Source: Candidatus Sumerlaeia bacterium
GTDB taxonomy: Bacteria > Sumerlaeota > Sumerlaeia > SLMS01 > JANRJK01
Length of the DNA: 64,000 bases
Direction: 5' to 3'
NCBI GenBank assembly: GCA_033764015.1
Contig: JANRJK010000046.1
Span: 72,782 to 136,781, forward strand
How positions within the stretch are numbered: position 1 is the stretch's first letter; every line of letters starts with the position of its first letter. The translations under genes were made by a program, and so were the position numbers. The notes under the pieces were generated by a model. The model worked only from the letters and a program-made list of their open reading frames with translations, was not told the DNA's origin and made no database searches. Below are positions 1 to 8,824 of the stretch, one piece after another.

Positions 1-3000
1 GGCGTCGGCGTCTGGACCGACGTGTACCTGCTCGGCGGCTCCCTCTACTACGTCCTGACCGGCGTGGCGCCGCACGAGAGCGCCCAGTCGCACCAGGCCT
101 TCATGCGCGCCGCGGTGGGCGACGTGGAGGACCCCCGCACGCTCTTCCCCCGCGCCGGCATCCCGGACGACCTCGCGGAGCTGGCGCTCGCGTCGCTCGC
201 CGCGGATCCCGCCGCGCGGCTCGCCAGCGCCGAGGAGTTCGTCCGCCGGCTGGACGACTGGGTGAGCGGCGCGAGCCGCCGCCGAGAGTCGCAGCAGATC
301 ACGCGGCGGCTCGCCGGCGAAGCCGCCGCCATGCGCGGCACCTACTCCGCGCACGAGGCGTTCCTCAACGAGGCGCACCGCGCGGCGGGCCTCTGGCCCG
401 CGAACCCGGAGACCCCGCCGCTCCGCCGCGAAGCCCTCGCCGCCTACGCGGAGCTCGCGCTCGGAAAGGGCGACCTGCTGCTAGCGCTCACGCAGGCGGA
501 GCAGCTCGACGACGCGCTCGCGCAGGGCGACCTCTACCGGCGCATCGAGGCGGCGAAGCAGCAGCGGCTCCGCACCCGCCGCGCGCTCCGCTACTCCGTC
601 GCGGCAGTCGCCATGCTGCTCGCGACGGTCCTCGTCGGCGGCGGCCTCTCGCTCCGCCGCATCAACCGCGAGCGCAACGAGGCGGTGACGCAGAAGAACA
701 TCGCGACGGGGGCGCTGAGCGCCGCGGAGACAGCCCGCGTCGAGGCCGAGCGCCAGCGCGCCAAGGCGGGCGACGAGCAGCTCTACGCGCAGATCCGCTA
801 CGCCACCTCGCTGGTCGATGCGGGCCGCCACGAACTCGCCCGCGACGTCCTCTGGAGCATCCCCGAGGAAGCCCGCGACTGGGAGTGGGCCTACCTCCTC
901 GACCGCTCGCACCAGACGCTCGCCGAGTTCCCGTTCCCGGTGACCGAGGTCAGCGCCGGAGGGAGCTACTTCTACTCGGACCTGGGCGACGGCACGGTGC
1001 GCGTGCGCGACACCATGGCGGGCGCGCTGGTGGCCGATCTGGACTGCGACACGACCTCCGTGATGATCCTCGCGGCCCCGGAGGACACGCACATCGACAT
1101 CGTCGCCGGCACCCGGCTGTTGCGCTTCGCGCCGCCGGAGTGGAAGCGCCAGATCGTGGCGGAGCTCCCCGCCCCGCCGATGCACTCCCGCCGCACCTAC
1201 GGCGACGGGAACATCGCGATGCTGTACCCGGACGGCTCCGCGGCGGTGCACGAGGCGACTACCGGAAAGCTACGCTTTGCGACTCCGCCGGTGCCGTTGG
1301 AGCCGCTCGCCATCGACGGCGACGACCACTCGGACCGGCTCCTCGTGGCATACAAGACGTTCTTCCGCATCCACCGCCTGAGCGACGGTTCGGAGGAGAC
1401 CTCGATCTCCGCGTGGACGAACGCGGTGTACAGCGCGGGGCTCTCCAACGAAGGGCACTCCATCGCGATCCAGTCCGGCGACGCGACGCAGCTCTACGAC
1501 CTGGACAGGAACGCGCACTTCCAGACCTATCTCCTGGGCACGCGGATGCACACGCATCCCCGGGCGAACACCTTGATCATCGGCCCGATGCTCGCCTCCG
1601 CCCACAACGCCGAATGGCGCGGCCTGTTGCCCGTGGGGCGCGCGGAAGCAACACGCGCGAAGTACGTGCATCCCGCGTTCGCCTGCTACTGGGGAGGCGC
1701 AAATGGCGAGGCCGGCGTCATCGCCGCGGACCTGCGGCAGGTCGCGGAGCTGCGCGGCTTCCCCGGCCAGGTGGCGAACATGTGGGCGACGATCACGGAC
1801 ATCCCCGAACGCGTCGACCGCGTGTTCTCGACGACGACCGACGGCTCCACGCAGGTGTGGCCGGGCACCCCGCTGAAGTCCATCGCCGACCTGCCCGGGC
1901 AGTGGAGCAGCTTCCGCGAGGACGGCCGCTTCGCGGTGTCCATCGGGACCTTCGACGCCCGCATCACGGACATCGAGAGCGGCTCGGCGTTCCGCCGCGT
2001 CGGCAGGCTCTTCAGCCTCTACCGCGGCATCCACATCGCCGAGGAGCGCGACCGCATCCTCACCTTCGGCTACGCCCGCGCCTTCGGCGATTGCTTCGGC
2101 TGGGAGGTGCGCACCCACAAGACCGGCGAGCACCTCCGCTGGGTGAAGGTCGGCGAGAAGCCCAGCACGCTTCCCTACCTGTGGAACACGAGCCCCGACG
2201 ACGGCCGCGCGGTGCTCTTCTGGGAAGCGGGGGGGCCGGGCCTCATCCTCGACACCGAGGACGGCGCGCTCGCGGGAACGATCCCGCCGACCGCCGCCCC
2301 CGCCACCGCCATGCATTTCACCAAGGCGCACACCGCCATCGTCGGGCACAACGACGGCGTCCTGGTGGAGACGGAGCTGGCCGACGGGCGCGAGCGCCGG
2401 CGCCTCGACACCGGCGCGCCCGTCTGGGCCCTGCGGCTCCACAGCGCGGAGCGGCGCCTGTACGTGAGCGGCGGCGACCGGCGGGTGCGCGCGTACTCCT
2501 GGGGCGCGGAGGCACCCGTCCTCCTCCGCGAGCTGCCCGCCGGGGACCAGCCGGCGGTGCTCCTCGACCTCTCCGAAGACGGCAGCCGCCTGCTCGCGCT
2601 CACCGACGCGAACGAAGTCGTGGTCTGGTCCACCGCGGACGGCGCGGAGCTCCTGCGCTTCCGCATCGACTCCGCCGTGCACCGAATACAGCTCAACCAG
2701 GAGGGCACACGCATCTTCGGCCTGGGCGACGGCACCCTCGGCGTCTGGGACATGCAGGGCCGCGAAGTCGCCCGCGTGAAGGACGCGATCGACGTGAGCC
2801 TCAAGTCGCGTCGCCTCATCCTGCGCACCTCCGTCGCACGCATGTCCCGCGACGTGGTGATCGAGCTGCCGCCCCACAGGGCGGAGGACTTCCCCGGCGA
2901 CGCCGGAATGCCGCTCCAGGACCGGTTCGAACTCTGGCGCCGCGAGCAGCATCGCAACTGGTGGAGGCGAAAGGCGGTGGAAGCGGCCCCCTCCAGCATC

Positions 3001-3900
3001 CCGGCGGTTCGCGCATCCCTCCGCGGGACCGTGGCCCAGAACGGCCGCCAGCTCATCGGCGACCTGGACAGCATGGTGCTGGACCTCGTCGGCCGTGTCC
3101 GGCACGAGAATCCAGCGCTAGGCGAGCTGTTCCAGAAGATGGGCGCCCTCTACACCGCCGAGCCGGACCACGACTGGCATCACTTCGCGAACGGCTACTG
3201 GGACAACATCCCCGACAGCGAGTTCGACCCGGAGCCCACGCACAGCCTACTGCGCGCGGCGGCGCCGTACACGGAACTGCGGGCCATGAAACAAGCCGAG
3301 ACCTTCAGCCGCCAACCCTTCGAGCACGCCCCCTGGGCGCGCGGAAGCTACGCCACCCAGCTGGAAGTCCTCGGCCACCCGGAGCTGGCGAGGGCGCTCC
3401 TCCGCCGATCTTCCGCGCTGATGTCCACCCAGGGATACTATGAGAACCGGCCCTCGCAGCTCCGGCGCCTGCGCATGGGAGCCGCCGACATCCCGAAACC
3501 ACCGGAGAAGATCAAGGTCCGGCCGGGCACCGGCTTCGACTACGTGCGGAACGGATCCCTCGGGGACTACCTCGACCTCGCCCCCGAAGGCCGGTCGCCG
3601 GAGGCCCACGAAGCGGCCCGCAACGCCATCTTCGAACAGATGCAGAAGGACATCCTCGACTGGGTCGACGAGGTCGCGCCGATGCCGGACTTCACTGCGG
3701 CGAAGGCCGCAGCGAAGGCGAAGTTCCCGCCCCCGCCACCCGGCGATCTGCCGCTCACCGAGTTCATGGGCGACGTGCTCGACCGCCTCGAACGCGGACA
3801 GCTCGGCGGCATGACCCGCGACGAGGCCATCGAGGAAGCTAGCCGACGCTTCGACGAATCCGTCGCGAAGGCGGAAGCGGAGCGCGCGGTACAGGAGTGA
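1..3900 (+). CDS. Ser/Thr protein kinase, 5'-truncated at window edge. Kinase C-lobe, then a TM segment and a large extracytoplasmic beta-propeller-like repeat region.
   Basis: ORF 22..3900 opens inside the kinase C-lobe (DVYLLGGSLYYVLTG...) and has no upstream start within the window. A TM stretch (YSVAAVAMLLATVLVGGGLSL) follows, then about 1000 aa of repeated beta-strand-rich motifs. Confidence 0.6.
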   Translation, partial: GVGVWTDVYLLGGSLYYVLTGVAPHESAQSHQAFMRAAVGDVEDPRTLFPRAGIPDDLAELALASLAADPAARLASAEEFVRRLDDWVSGASRRRESQQITRRLAGEAAAMRGTYSAHEAFLNEAHRAAGLWPANPETPPLRREALAAYAELALGKGDLLLALTQAEQLDDALAQGDLYRRIEAAKQQRLRTRRALRYSVAAVAMLLATVLVGGGLSLRRINRERNEAVTQKNIATGALSAAETARVEAERQRAKAGDEQLYAQIRYATSLVDAGRHELARDVLWSIPEEARDWEWAYLLDRSHQTLAEFPFPVTEVSAGGSYFYSDLGDGTVRVRDTMAGALVADLDCDTTSVMILAAPEDTHIDIVAGTRLLRFAPPEWKRQIVAELPAPPMHSRRTYGDGNIAMLYPDGSAAVHEATTGKLRFATPPVPLEPLAIDGDDHSDRLLVAYKTFFRIHRLSDGSEETSISAWTNAVYSAGLSNEGHSIAIQSGDATQLYDLDRNAHFQTYLLGTRMHTHPRANTLIIGPMLASAHNAEWRGLLPVGRAEATRAKYVHPAFACYWGGANGEAGVIAADLRQVAELRGFPGQVANMWATITDIPERVDRVFSTTTDGSTQVWPGTPLKSIADLPGQWSSFREDGRFAVSIGTFDARITDIESGSAFRRVGRLFSLYRGIHIAEERDRILTFGYARAFGDCFGWEVRTHKTGEHLRWVKVGEKPSTLPYLWNTSPDDGRAVLFWEAGGPGLILDTEDGALAGTIPPTAAPATAMHFTKAHTAIVGHNDGVLVETELADGRERRRLDTGAPVWALRLHSAERRLYVSGGDRRVRAYSWGAEAPVLLRELPAGDQPAVLLDLSEDGSRLLALTDANEVVVWSTADGAELLRFRIDSAVHRIQLNQEGTRIFGLGDGTLGVWDMQGREVARVKDAIDVSLKSRRLILRTSVARMSRDVVIELPPHRAEDFPGDAGMPLQDRFELWRREQHRNWWRRKAVEAAPSSIPAVRASLRGTVAQNGRQLIGDLDSMVLDLVGRVRHENPALGELFQKMGALYTAEPDHDWHHFANGYWDNIPDSEFDPEPTHSLLRAAAPYTELRAMKQAETFSRQPFEHAPWARGSYATQLEVLGHPELARALLRRSSALMSTQGYYENRPSQLRRLRMGAADIPKPPEKIKVRPGTGFDYVRNGSLGDYLDLAPEGRSPEAHEAARNAIFEQMQKDILDWVDEVAPMPDFTAAKAAAKAKFPPPPPGDLPLTEFMGDVLDRLERGQLGGMTRDEAIEEASRRFDESVAKAEAERAVQE

Positions 3901-4895
3901 ACGCCTGGACACGCACCCGGTACGGCGGCCCCGGGGTGCTTTCCTTCCGCGAGGTGCCCGCGCCCGCGCCCGGCGCAGGCGAAGTCGCCGTCCGGGTCCG
4001 CGCGGCGTCGGTCAACGCCGCCGACCGCTACATCCTCCACGGCCGCCCGCGCGTGGCGCGCGTGGTCTTTGGCATCGGACGCCCGAACACCACGCGCCTC
4101 GGCTGCGACTTCGCCGGCGAGGTCGAGTCCGTCGGCCCCGGCGCCTCGCGCTTCCGCCCCGGCGACCGCGTGTTCGGATCGGTCCGCGACGAGTTCAAGG
4201 CCGACATCGACCGCGCGTTCGGCGAGCGCGTCGTCACGCCGGGAGCGCTCCTCGCGCCAGTCCCCGAAGGCGCCACCTTCGCCGCGGCCGCCGCCTTGCC
4301 GACCGCCGGCATGACGGCGCTGCGCGGCATCGAAGCGGCCGGCGCGCGCATCGGCGCCGGCGCGCGCGTGCTCGTCACCGGAGCCACCGGCGGCGTCGGC
4401 GGCTTCGCGGTCCAGCTCGCCGCCGCCCGCGGCGCCGAAGTGGCCGCCGTCTGCTCCGCCGAAGCCGCGGACCTCGCCCGCGCGAACGGCGCGTCCCGCG
4501 TGATCGACCGCGCCCGCGAGGACTGGCTCGGCGAGGCCGCCGCCTTCGACGCGATCCTCGACGTCGCCGCCGCGCGCCCGCTCCGCGAGAACCTCCGCGC
4601 GCTCCGCCCCGGAGGCGTTTACGTCCATCTCGGCTCGGTGGACCGCGGCGGCTACTTCTCGCCGCTCACCGGCGTCCTGCTGCACTCCGCGCTGCGCCAC
4701 GCCCTCGGCGACGCACGCGTCCGCCTGGTCACGCAAACGCCCGAGCAGCGCCTGCTCGCGGAACTCGCCTCGATGCTCGCGGCGGGCACCCTGCGCCCCG
4801 CCCTCGACAGCACCTTCGCCCTCGCCGACCTCCCCCGCGCACTCGACCGCTTCGAGCGCCGAGGCGTGCGCGGAAAGATTTTGGTGGAGGGGTAG
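3897..4895 (+). CDS. Zn-dependent alcohol dehydrogenase / quinone oxidoreductase (MDR superfamily)
   Basis: 332 aa. GroES-like N-terminus (GEVAVRVRAASVNAADRY) and a Rossmann motif (VLVTGATGGVGGFAVQLA). The start overlaps the kinase stop by 4 nt, which suggests translational coupling. Confidence 0.7.
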   Translation: MNAWTRTRYGGPGVLSFREVPAPAPGAGEVAVRVRAASVNAADRYILHGRPRVARVVFGIGRPNTTRLGCDFAGEVESVGPGASRFRPGDRVFGSVRDEFKADIDRAFGERVVTPGALLAPVPEGATFAAAAALPTAGMTALRGIEAAGARIGAGARVLVTGATGGVGGFAVQLAAARGAEVAAVCSAEAADLARANGASRVIDRAREDWLGEAAAFDAILDVAAARPLRENLRALRPGGVYVHLGSVDRGGYFSPLTGVLLHSALRHALGDARVRLVTQTPEQRLLAELASMLAAGTLRPALDSTFALADLPRALDRFERRGVRGKILVEG

Positions 4896-4909
4896 GGGCG
4901 GGACGAGAG

Positions 4910-6094
4910 TCAATTCGCAGCTCGCCCCACCTTCCAATGATAGTCGATTCGAAAGACATCAATCGGGGGCGAGTTACCCGATTCGATATCTCGGAGTGTC
5001 TGCGCCCAGCGCATGGCATGGATCGTTAGCAGGTTGTCGATGTTTTGCTCCCCGTTGATCTTTTCTCCAAGCGCCTCAGACTCCGCCTCAGTGAGCATCC
5101 GAGGGCGGTGCTGACCAAATCCGATCGGAACCGGCTCTCGCGCTCCCAACGGGATCCTCGCGAAACTACTTTTGCGCTCAATCGGCGATGGATCGCAGAT
5201 GAGGATTGCGCCCCGCAGGCAGTTCGCGGAAGTTGAATTCAGAACTTCTGAGACTTTGAAGTCGACATGATACATGCCGAAGTACTCAACCCGGCATACG
5301 AGCTCCCCCCCTTCTTCAAAGAAACGAATCACATGGCTGACCAATCCAAACGGCGCCGGTTCGTCGAGTCGACGGTGTGCAGGTCTCGAGGCAAGCACCT
5401 CAAGAGCGTTAGCACCTTTCAACAGCAGCGGAAAGCGAGCCAAAAGGGCGTCCGTCACGTGCCCCAAGAACGCCAGACTTTCAAGCGCAATCTTCGCTCC
5501 GAGAACATCCAGCGGAGCCTTGAATGTTGACATGTCAAAGCTCTTAGCCATAAGAAAACTAAAACCTGGGACCAGCGTGAGACGATTGTCAGCAAACTGG
5601 ATTCCAGCGCCGTGAGCGACGAGCTGATCCAAATCTCCTCCGGCAATCTCACATATGTCTCCCTCCCCGTCGAACTCGTACCTTGGCTTAGTGGCTTCGT
5701 AATTCGTTGACTTCCCGAGGCTGGGAGACATTCTGCCCTCGATATCAAACTCGGGCCGTCCTAGCGGATCGCCCGAGGGCTTCTGCGGAGCTTGCTTGGA
5801 TGCGCTCGATTCGGGATCACGTCCTCGAACCCTGTGACCCTCCGGTGGCTTCCCGCTGTTCGCGTTTATTCCAAGAAGAAGTCGATGCAGATAAAAGAGT
5901 TCGTGATCGACTGCCTTACTTTCAATCAACCCTCCTATCTCGGAATTACATACCTTGCAAACTGGAACGACAAACTCTAGCGATCCCCCTAACTTTCTAG
6001 GTATGACATGCCCCCTCCAGCGGCCTTTACGCTTCTGGACTTCATCCGTGCAGTAGAGGCACCTGCTCGTATTGCTGTCTTTGAGGTTCTTCAT
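4910..6094 (-). CDS. HNH-nuclease-motif protein with a ~330-aa C-terminal domain of unknown function, in a low-GC island
   Basis: The N-terminus has CLYC...GHVIPRKLGG...VPVCKVCN, the classic HNH pattern (Cys pair, His-x-I-P...GG, N...C-x2-C). An AAGGAG Shine-Dalgarno lies 7 nt before the second ATG, so I place the start at 6094 rather than 6100. The local G+C is about 50% against about 70% in the flanks. Confidence 0.6.
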   Translation of the reverse strand: MKNLKDSNTSRCLYCTDEVQKRKGRWRGHVIPRKLGGSLEFVVPVCKVCNSEIGGLIESKAVDHELFYLHRLLLGINANSGKPPEGHRVRGRDPESSASKQAPQKPSGDPLGRPEFDIEGRMSPSLGKSTNYEATKPRYEFDGEGDICEIAGGDLDQLVAHGAGIQFADNRLTLVPGFSFLMAKSFDMSTFKAPLDVLGAKIALESLAFLGHVTDALLARFPLLLKGANALEVLASRPAHRRLDEPAPFGLVSHVIRFFEEGGELVCRVEYFGMYHVDFKVSEVLNSTSANCLRGAILICDPSPIERKSSFARIPLGAREPVPIGFGQHRPRMLTEAESEALGEKINGEQNIDNLLTIHAMRWAQTLRDIESGNSPPIDVFRIDYHWKVGRAAN

Positions 6095-6418
6095 TTGCAT
6101 ACTCCTTTGGGAGACCTGATCGACTACGTTGCGCTGTTGGCTTCGCCCGGATTCATGGACATTCCCTGCCGCGAGCAGGACTAGGCGATGACTTGCTCGG
6201 TGTGTCTCCGCCCAGAATCCCGAGTAGGAAATCTGTCGTCTCGGGTCCCGTCAACGGGAACCCTTTCGATCCGAACGGCGCGTTCGCATTCCCGACGTTC
6301 GCGCTAGCCCTTTGGGTGAACGGCTCCGGGGCATCGGTTCTCCCCTTATCCCCCCGGCGCGGGCGACAGCATCCACCGCCGCGCCACCCGCGGCAAGGTC
6401 GTGGTGGCGGCGTAAGGG

Positions 6419-7951
6419 CTACACCCCCAACCGGTCCAAGCTCCTGTACTGCACCGCTTCGCTGACGTGGCTGGGCGAGATGGTGTCGCTGGCGGCGAGG
6501 TCGGCGATGGTGCGCGCCAGTTTCCGCAACCGGTCGTAGGCGCGCGCGGAGAGGTTGAGCCGCTGGATCGCCGTCTCGAGCAGCTTCTGCGCGGCGGGTT
6601 CGAGGTGGCAGAACTCGTTCAGCTCCTTGGCCGACATGTGGCCGTTGGCGTGGATGCCGGCGCGTCCGCGGAAGCGTTCGCGCTGGCGTTCGCGGGCGGC
6701 GAGCACGCGGGCGCGCACCGCGCCGCTGCCCTCCGCCGCGCGCCGCTCGCGGAGCTGCTCCAGCGGCACCGCCGGCACCTCGACGTGCATGTCGATGCGG
6801 TCCAGCAGCGGGCCGCTGATGCGCGAGAGGTACTTCTGCACCGCGACCGGCGAGCACACGCACGCGCGCGACGGATGCCCCGCTAAGCCGCACGGGCACG
6901 GGTTCATCGCCGCCACCAGCACGATCCGCGCGGGAAACGCGACCGACATCGCCGCGCGCGCTACCTGCACAACTCCATCCTCCAGGGGCTGGCGCAGAAC
7001 TTCCAACGTGGTGCGGCTGAACTCGGGCAGCTCGTCCAGGAACAGCACGCCGTGGTGCGCGAGCGACACCTCGCCGGGGCGCGGCACGGGGCCGCCGCCG
7101 ATCAGCGACACGGGGCTGGCGGTGTGGTGCGGCGCGCGGAAGGGGCGCGCGCGCAGCAGGCCCGACTTGGGCGGCAGCGCGCCCGCGATGCTGTGGATCT
7201 TCGACGCCTCGAGCGCCTCCTCGAACCCGAGCGGCGGCAGGATGCCGGGCAGCCGCCGCGCCAGCATGGTCTTGCCGCTGCCGGGCGGCCCGAGGAAGAG
7301 CAGGTTGTGCGAGCCCGCGGCGGCGATCTCGAGCGCGCGCTTCGCGCCCTCCTGCCCCTTCACGTCCTCGAGGTCGTCGCGGATCTCCTCGTCGCCGAAG
7401 ACCGCCATCTCCGGTCGCGCGGGCGCGATCACCGACTGGCCGTTCAGGAAGTCCACCGCCTCGCGCAGCGTCGCCACGGGGATGATCTCGATGCCCTCCA
7501 CGCAGGCGGCCTCGGCGGCGTTCTCCGCCGGGAGGAGTATCCGCGGGATGCCCTCGGCGCGGGCGCCCGCGGCGATCGGCAGCGCGCCGTGGAGCCGCTG
7601 GATCGTGCCGTCGAGGCCCAGCTCGCCGGCGGCGGCGAACGGCGCCTGCGACTTCAGCCGTCCCGTGGCCACCAGCGCGCCGAGCGCCATCGGCAGATCG
7701 AGGTGGCTGCCTTCCTTGCGCAGGTCCGCAGGCGCCAGGTTGATCGTCACGCGCTTCTGGAACAGGCCCACGCCGCTGTTCTTCAGCGCGGAGCGCAGCC
7801 GCTCGCGCGCCTCCTTGATCGCCGCGTCGCCCAAGCCGACAATCGAATACGTCGACGGCGCATCGCCCGGCAATTCAGTGACGTCCACCTCGACCGAAAC
7901 GGCCACGGCGTCCACACCGACAATGGCAAGCGATGGAATGCGGGCGAGCAT
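6419..7951 (-). CDS. comM: Mg-chelatase-like AAA+ ATPase YifB/ComM
   Basis: 510 aa. The N-terminal YifB signature (SLAIVGVDAVAVSVEVDV...SIVGLGDAAIKEARER), Walker A (LFLGPPGSGKTM) and a C-terminal ChlI-like region are present. G+C is host-like. Confidence 0.85.
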   Translation of the reverse strand: MLARIPSLAIVGVDAVAVSVEVDVTELPGDAPSTYSIVGLGDAAIKEARERLRSALKNSGVGLFQKRVTINLAPADLRKEGSHLDLPMALGALVATGRLKSQAPFAAAGELGLDGTIQRLHGALPIAAGARAEGIPRILLPAENAAEAACVEGIEIIPVATLREAVDFLNGQSVIAPARPEMAVFGDEEIRDDLEDVKGQEGAKRALEIAAAGSHNLLFLGPPGSGKTMLARRLPGILPPLGFEEALEASKIHSIAGALPPKSGLLRARPFRAPHHTASPVSLIGGGPVPRPGEVSLAHHGVLFLDELPEFSRTTLEVLRQPLEDGVVQVARAAMSVAFPARIVLVAAMNPCPCGLAGHPSRACVCSPVAVQKYLSRISGPLLDRIDMHVEVPAVPLEQLRERRAAEGSGAVRARVLAARERQRERFRGRAGIHANGHMSAKELNEFCHLEPAAQKLLETAIQRLNLSARAYDRLRKLARTIADLAASDTISPSHVSEAVQYRSLDRLGV

Positions 7952-7954
7952 GGG

Positions 7955-8824
7955 TTAGGAGTCGGACTCGCGCTGCTGGTACCCACGGAGATCCGCCGAG
8001 GTGATCTCCGCTGCCCGCACCAGCTTGTAGTGTCGTTGTTCGGCCACCGCGATGCGGTCCTCCTCGACGACGAGTTCAAACATCGCGAGGACGTCGTTCG
8101 GCATCGCCTTCACCGAAACGAGCCTTGGAGTTAAGTCGGGAAAACGGGAGCGGCAGAACTCCCGATCTTGGAGGGTTTGGACAACGGAAACCTTGTCTCT
8201 TCCGGTCTTTGCCTGGACCGGCACGATGTACTGCGAACCGCCTCTGCTTGCACCAACATAGACCTCGTCGATCTCGATCTGGCCGAGGTCATCCACTTGC
8301 GTTCTCAAGTGATTTTGTAGCGAGTAGGCCACAATCTTCAAGAATAGATCAAGAAGTCGATTGTAGCGAATCTTGGCTAGGATGGCCTGCTCATCGGACT
8401 GCGCGTTTCCGAGGATGATTTCCGGTGTGGCATCGGGTATCTTTATCACTTGCATGCTTGGGTCGGGATCGATGTTTGGACGCCTGAAAAGCTGAAACTC
8501 GTAGCGAGAGGGCCCCGCTAAGCGAATGATCCACTCCATATCGTCTGGTTGTGTTTCCAAAACGCTGTTGGGAAGGCTTGCTCGGAATCGAAAGGAATAT
8601 ACTAGATCGCCGAGATTCTTGATGCCGTCCTTCGCTGCAAGCTCTTCTATCTCGCTGCGCTCAAAGCAAAACGACTTGCGCGGCCGCTTCGGGTTGAAGT
8701 GGCGAAAGAAAAGCTCCTCAATGATCCTCGAGTACTTCCCCGGTTTCTTGGCCTCAGGCACTGACTCGCCTCCTGCGGGGTTCGATGACATGCTTGTCAA
8801 CACCATGGAGGGCGGCCGCATCAC
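7955..8824 (-). CDS. Putative type II restriction endonuclease (PD-(D/E)xK-like), partner of the upstream C5-MTase
   Basis: The 289-aa ORF overlaps the 3' end of the MTase gene on the same strand and has low G+C (about 48-55%). A candidate catalytic core is EIDEV...VQAK. I recognise no family, so the call rests on context. Confidence 0.45.
   Translation of the reverse strand: MMRPPSMVLTSMSSNPAGGESVPEAKKPGKYSRIIEELFFRHFNPKRPRKSFCFERSEIEELAAKDGIKNLGDLVYSFRFRASLPNSVLETQPDDMEWIIRLAGPSRYEFQLFRRPNIDPDPSMQVIKIPDATPEIILGNAQSDEQAILAKIRYNRLLDLFLKIVAYSLQNHLRTQVDDLGQIEIDEVYVGASRGGSQYIVPVQAKTGRDKVSVVQTLQDREFCRSRFPDLTPRLVSVKAMPNDVLAMFELVVEEDRIAVAEQRHYKLVRAAEITSADLRGYQQRESDS

Noticed and set aside
885-3443. 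852-aa plus-strand ORF in an alternative frame inside the first kinase gene, and the overlapping minus-strand ORFs 481..1251, 1270..3105 and 2175..3074
   Set aside because: Arg/Gly/Pro/Ala-dominated translations are typical of out-of-frame reading of 70% G+C coding DNA. The frame 22..3900 has coherent kinase and repeat motifs.
5267-5615. Plus-strand ORFs 5267..5530 and 5274..5615 inside the low-GC island
   Set aside because: They are antisense to the HNH-fusion gene and have no RBS. Short ORFs arise easily in roughly 50% GC sequence.
6150-6420. tmRNA, RNase P RNA or a tRNA as integration target in the comM-HNH intergenic region
   Set aside because: No tRNA-like acceptor/T-arm (GGTTCGANTCC) and none of the conserved RNase P or tmRNA blocks are found on either strand. 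It is kept only as an unclassified structured region.
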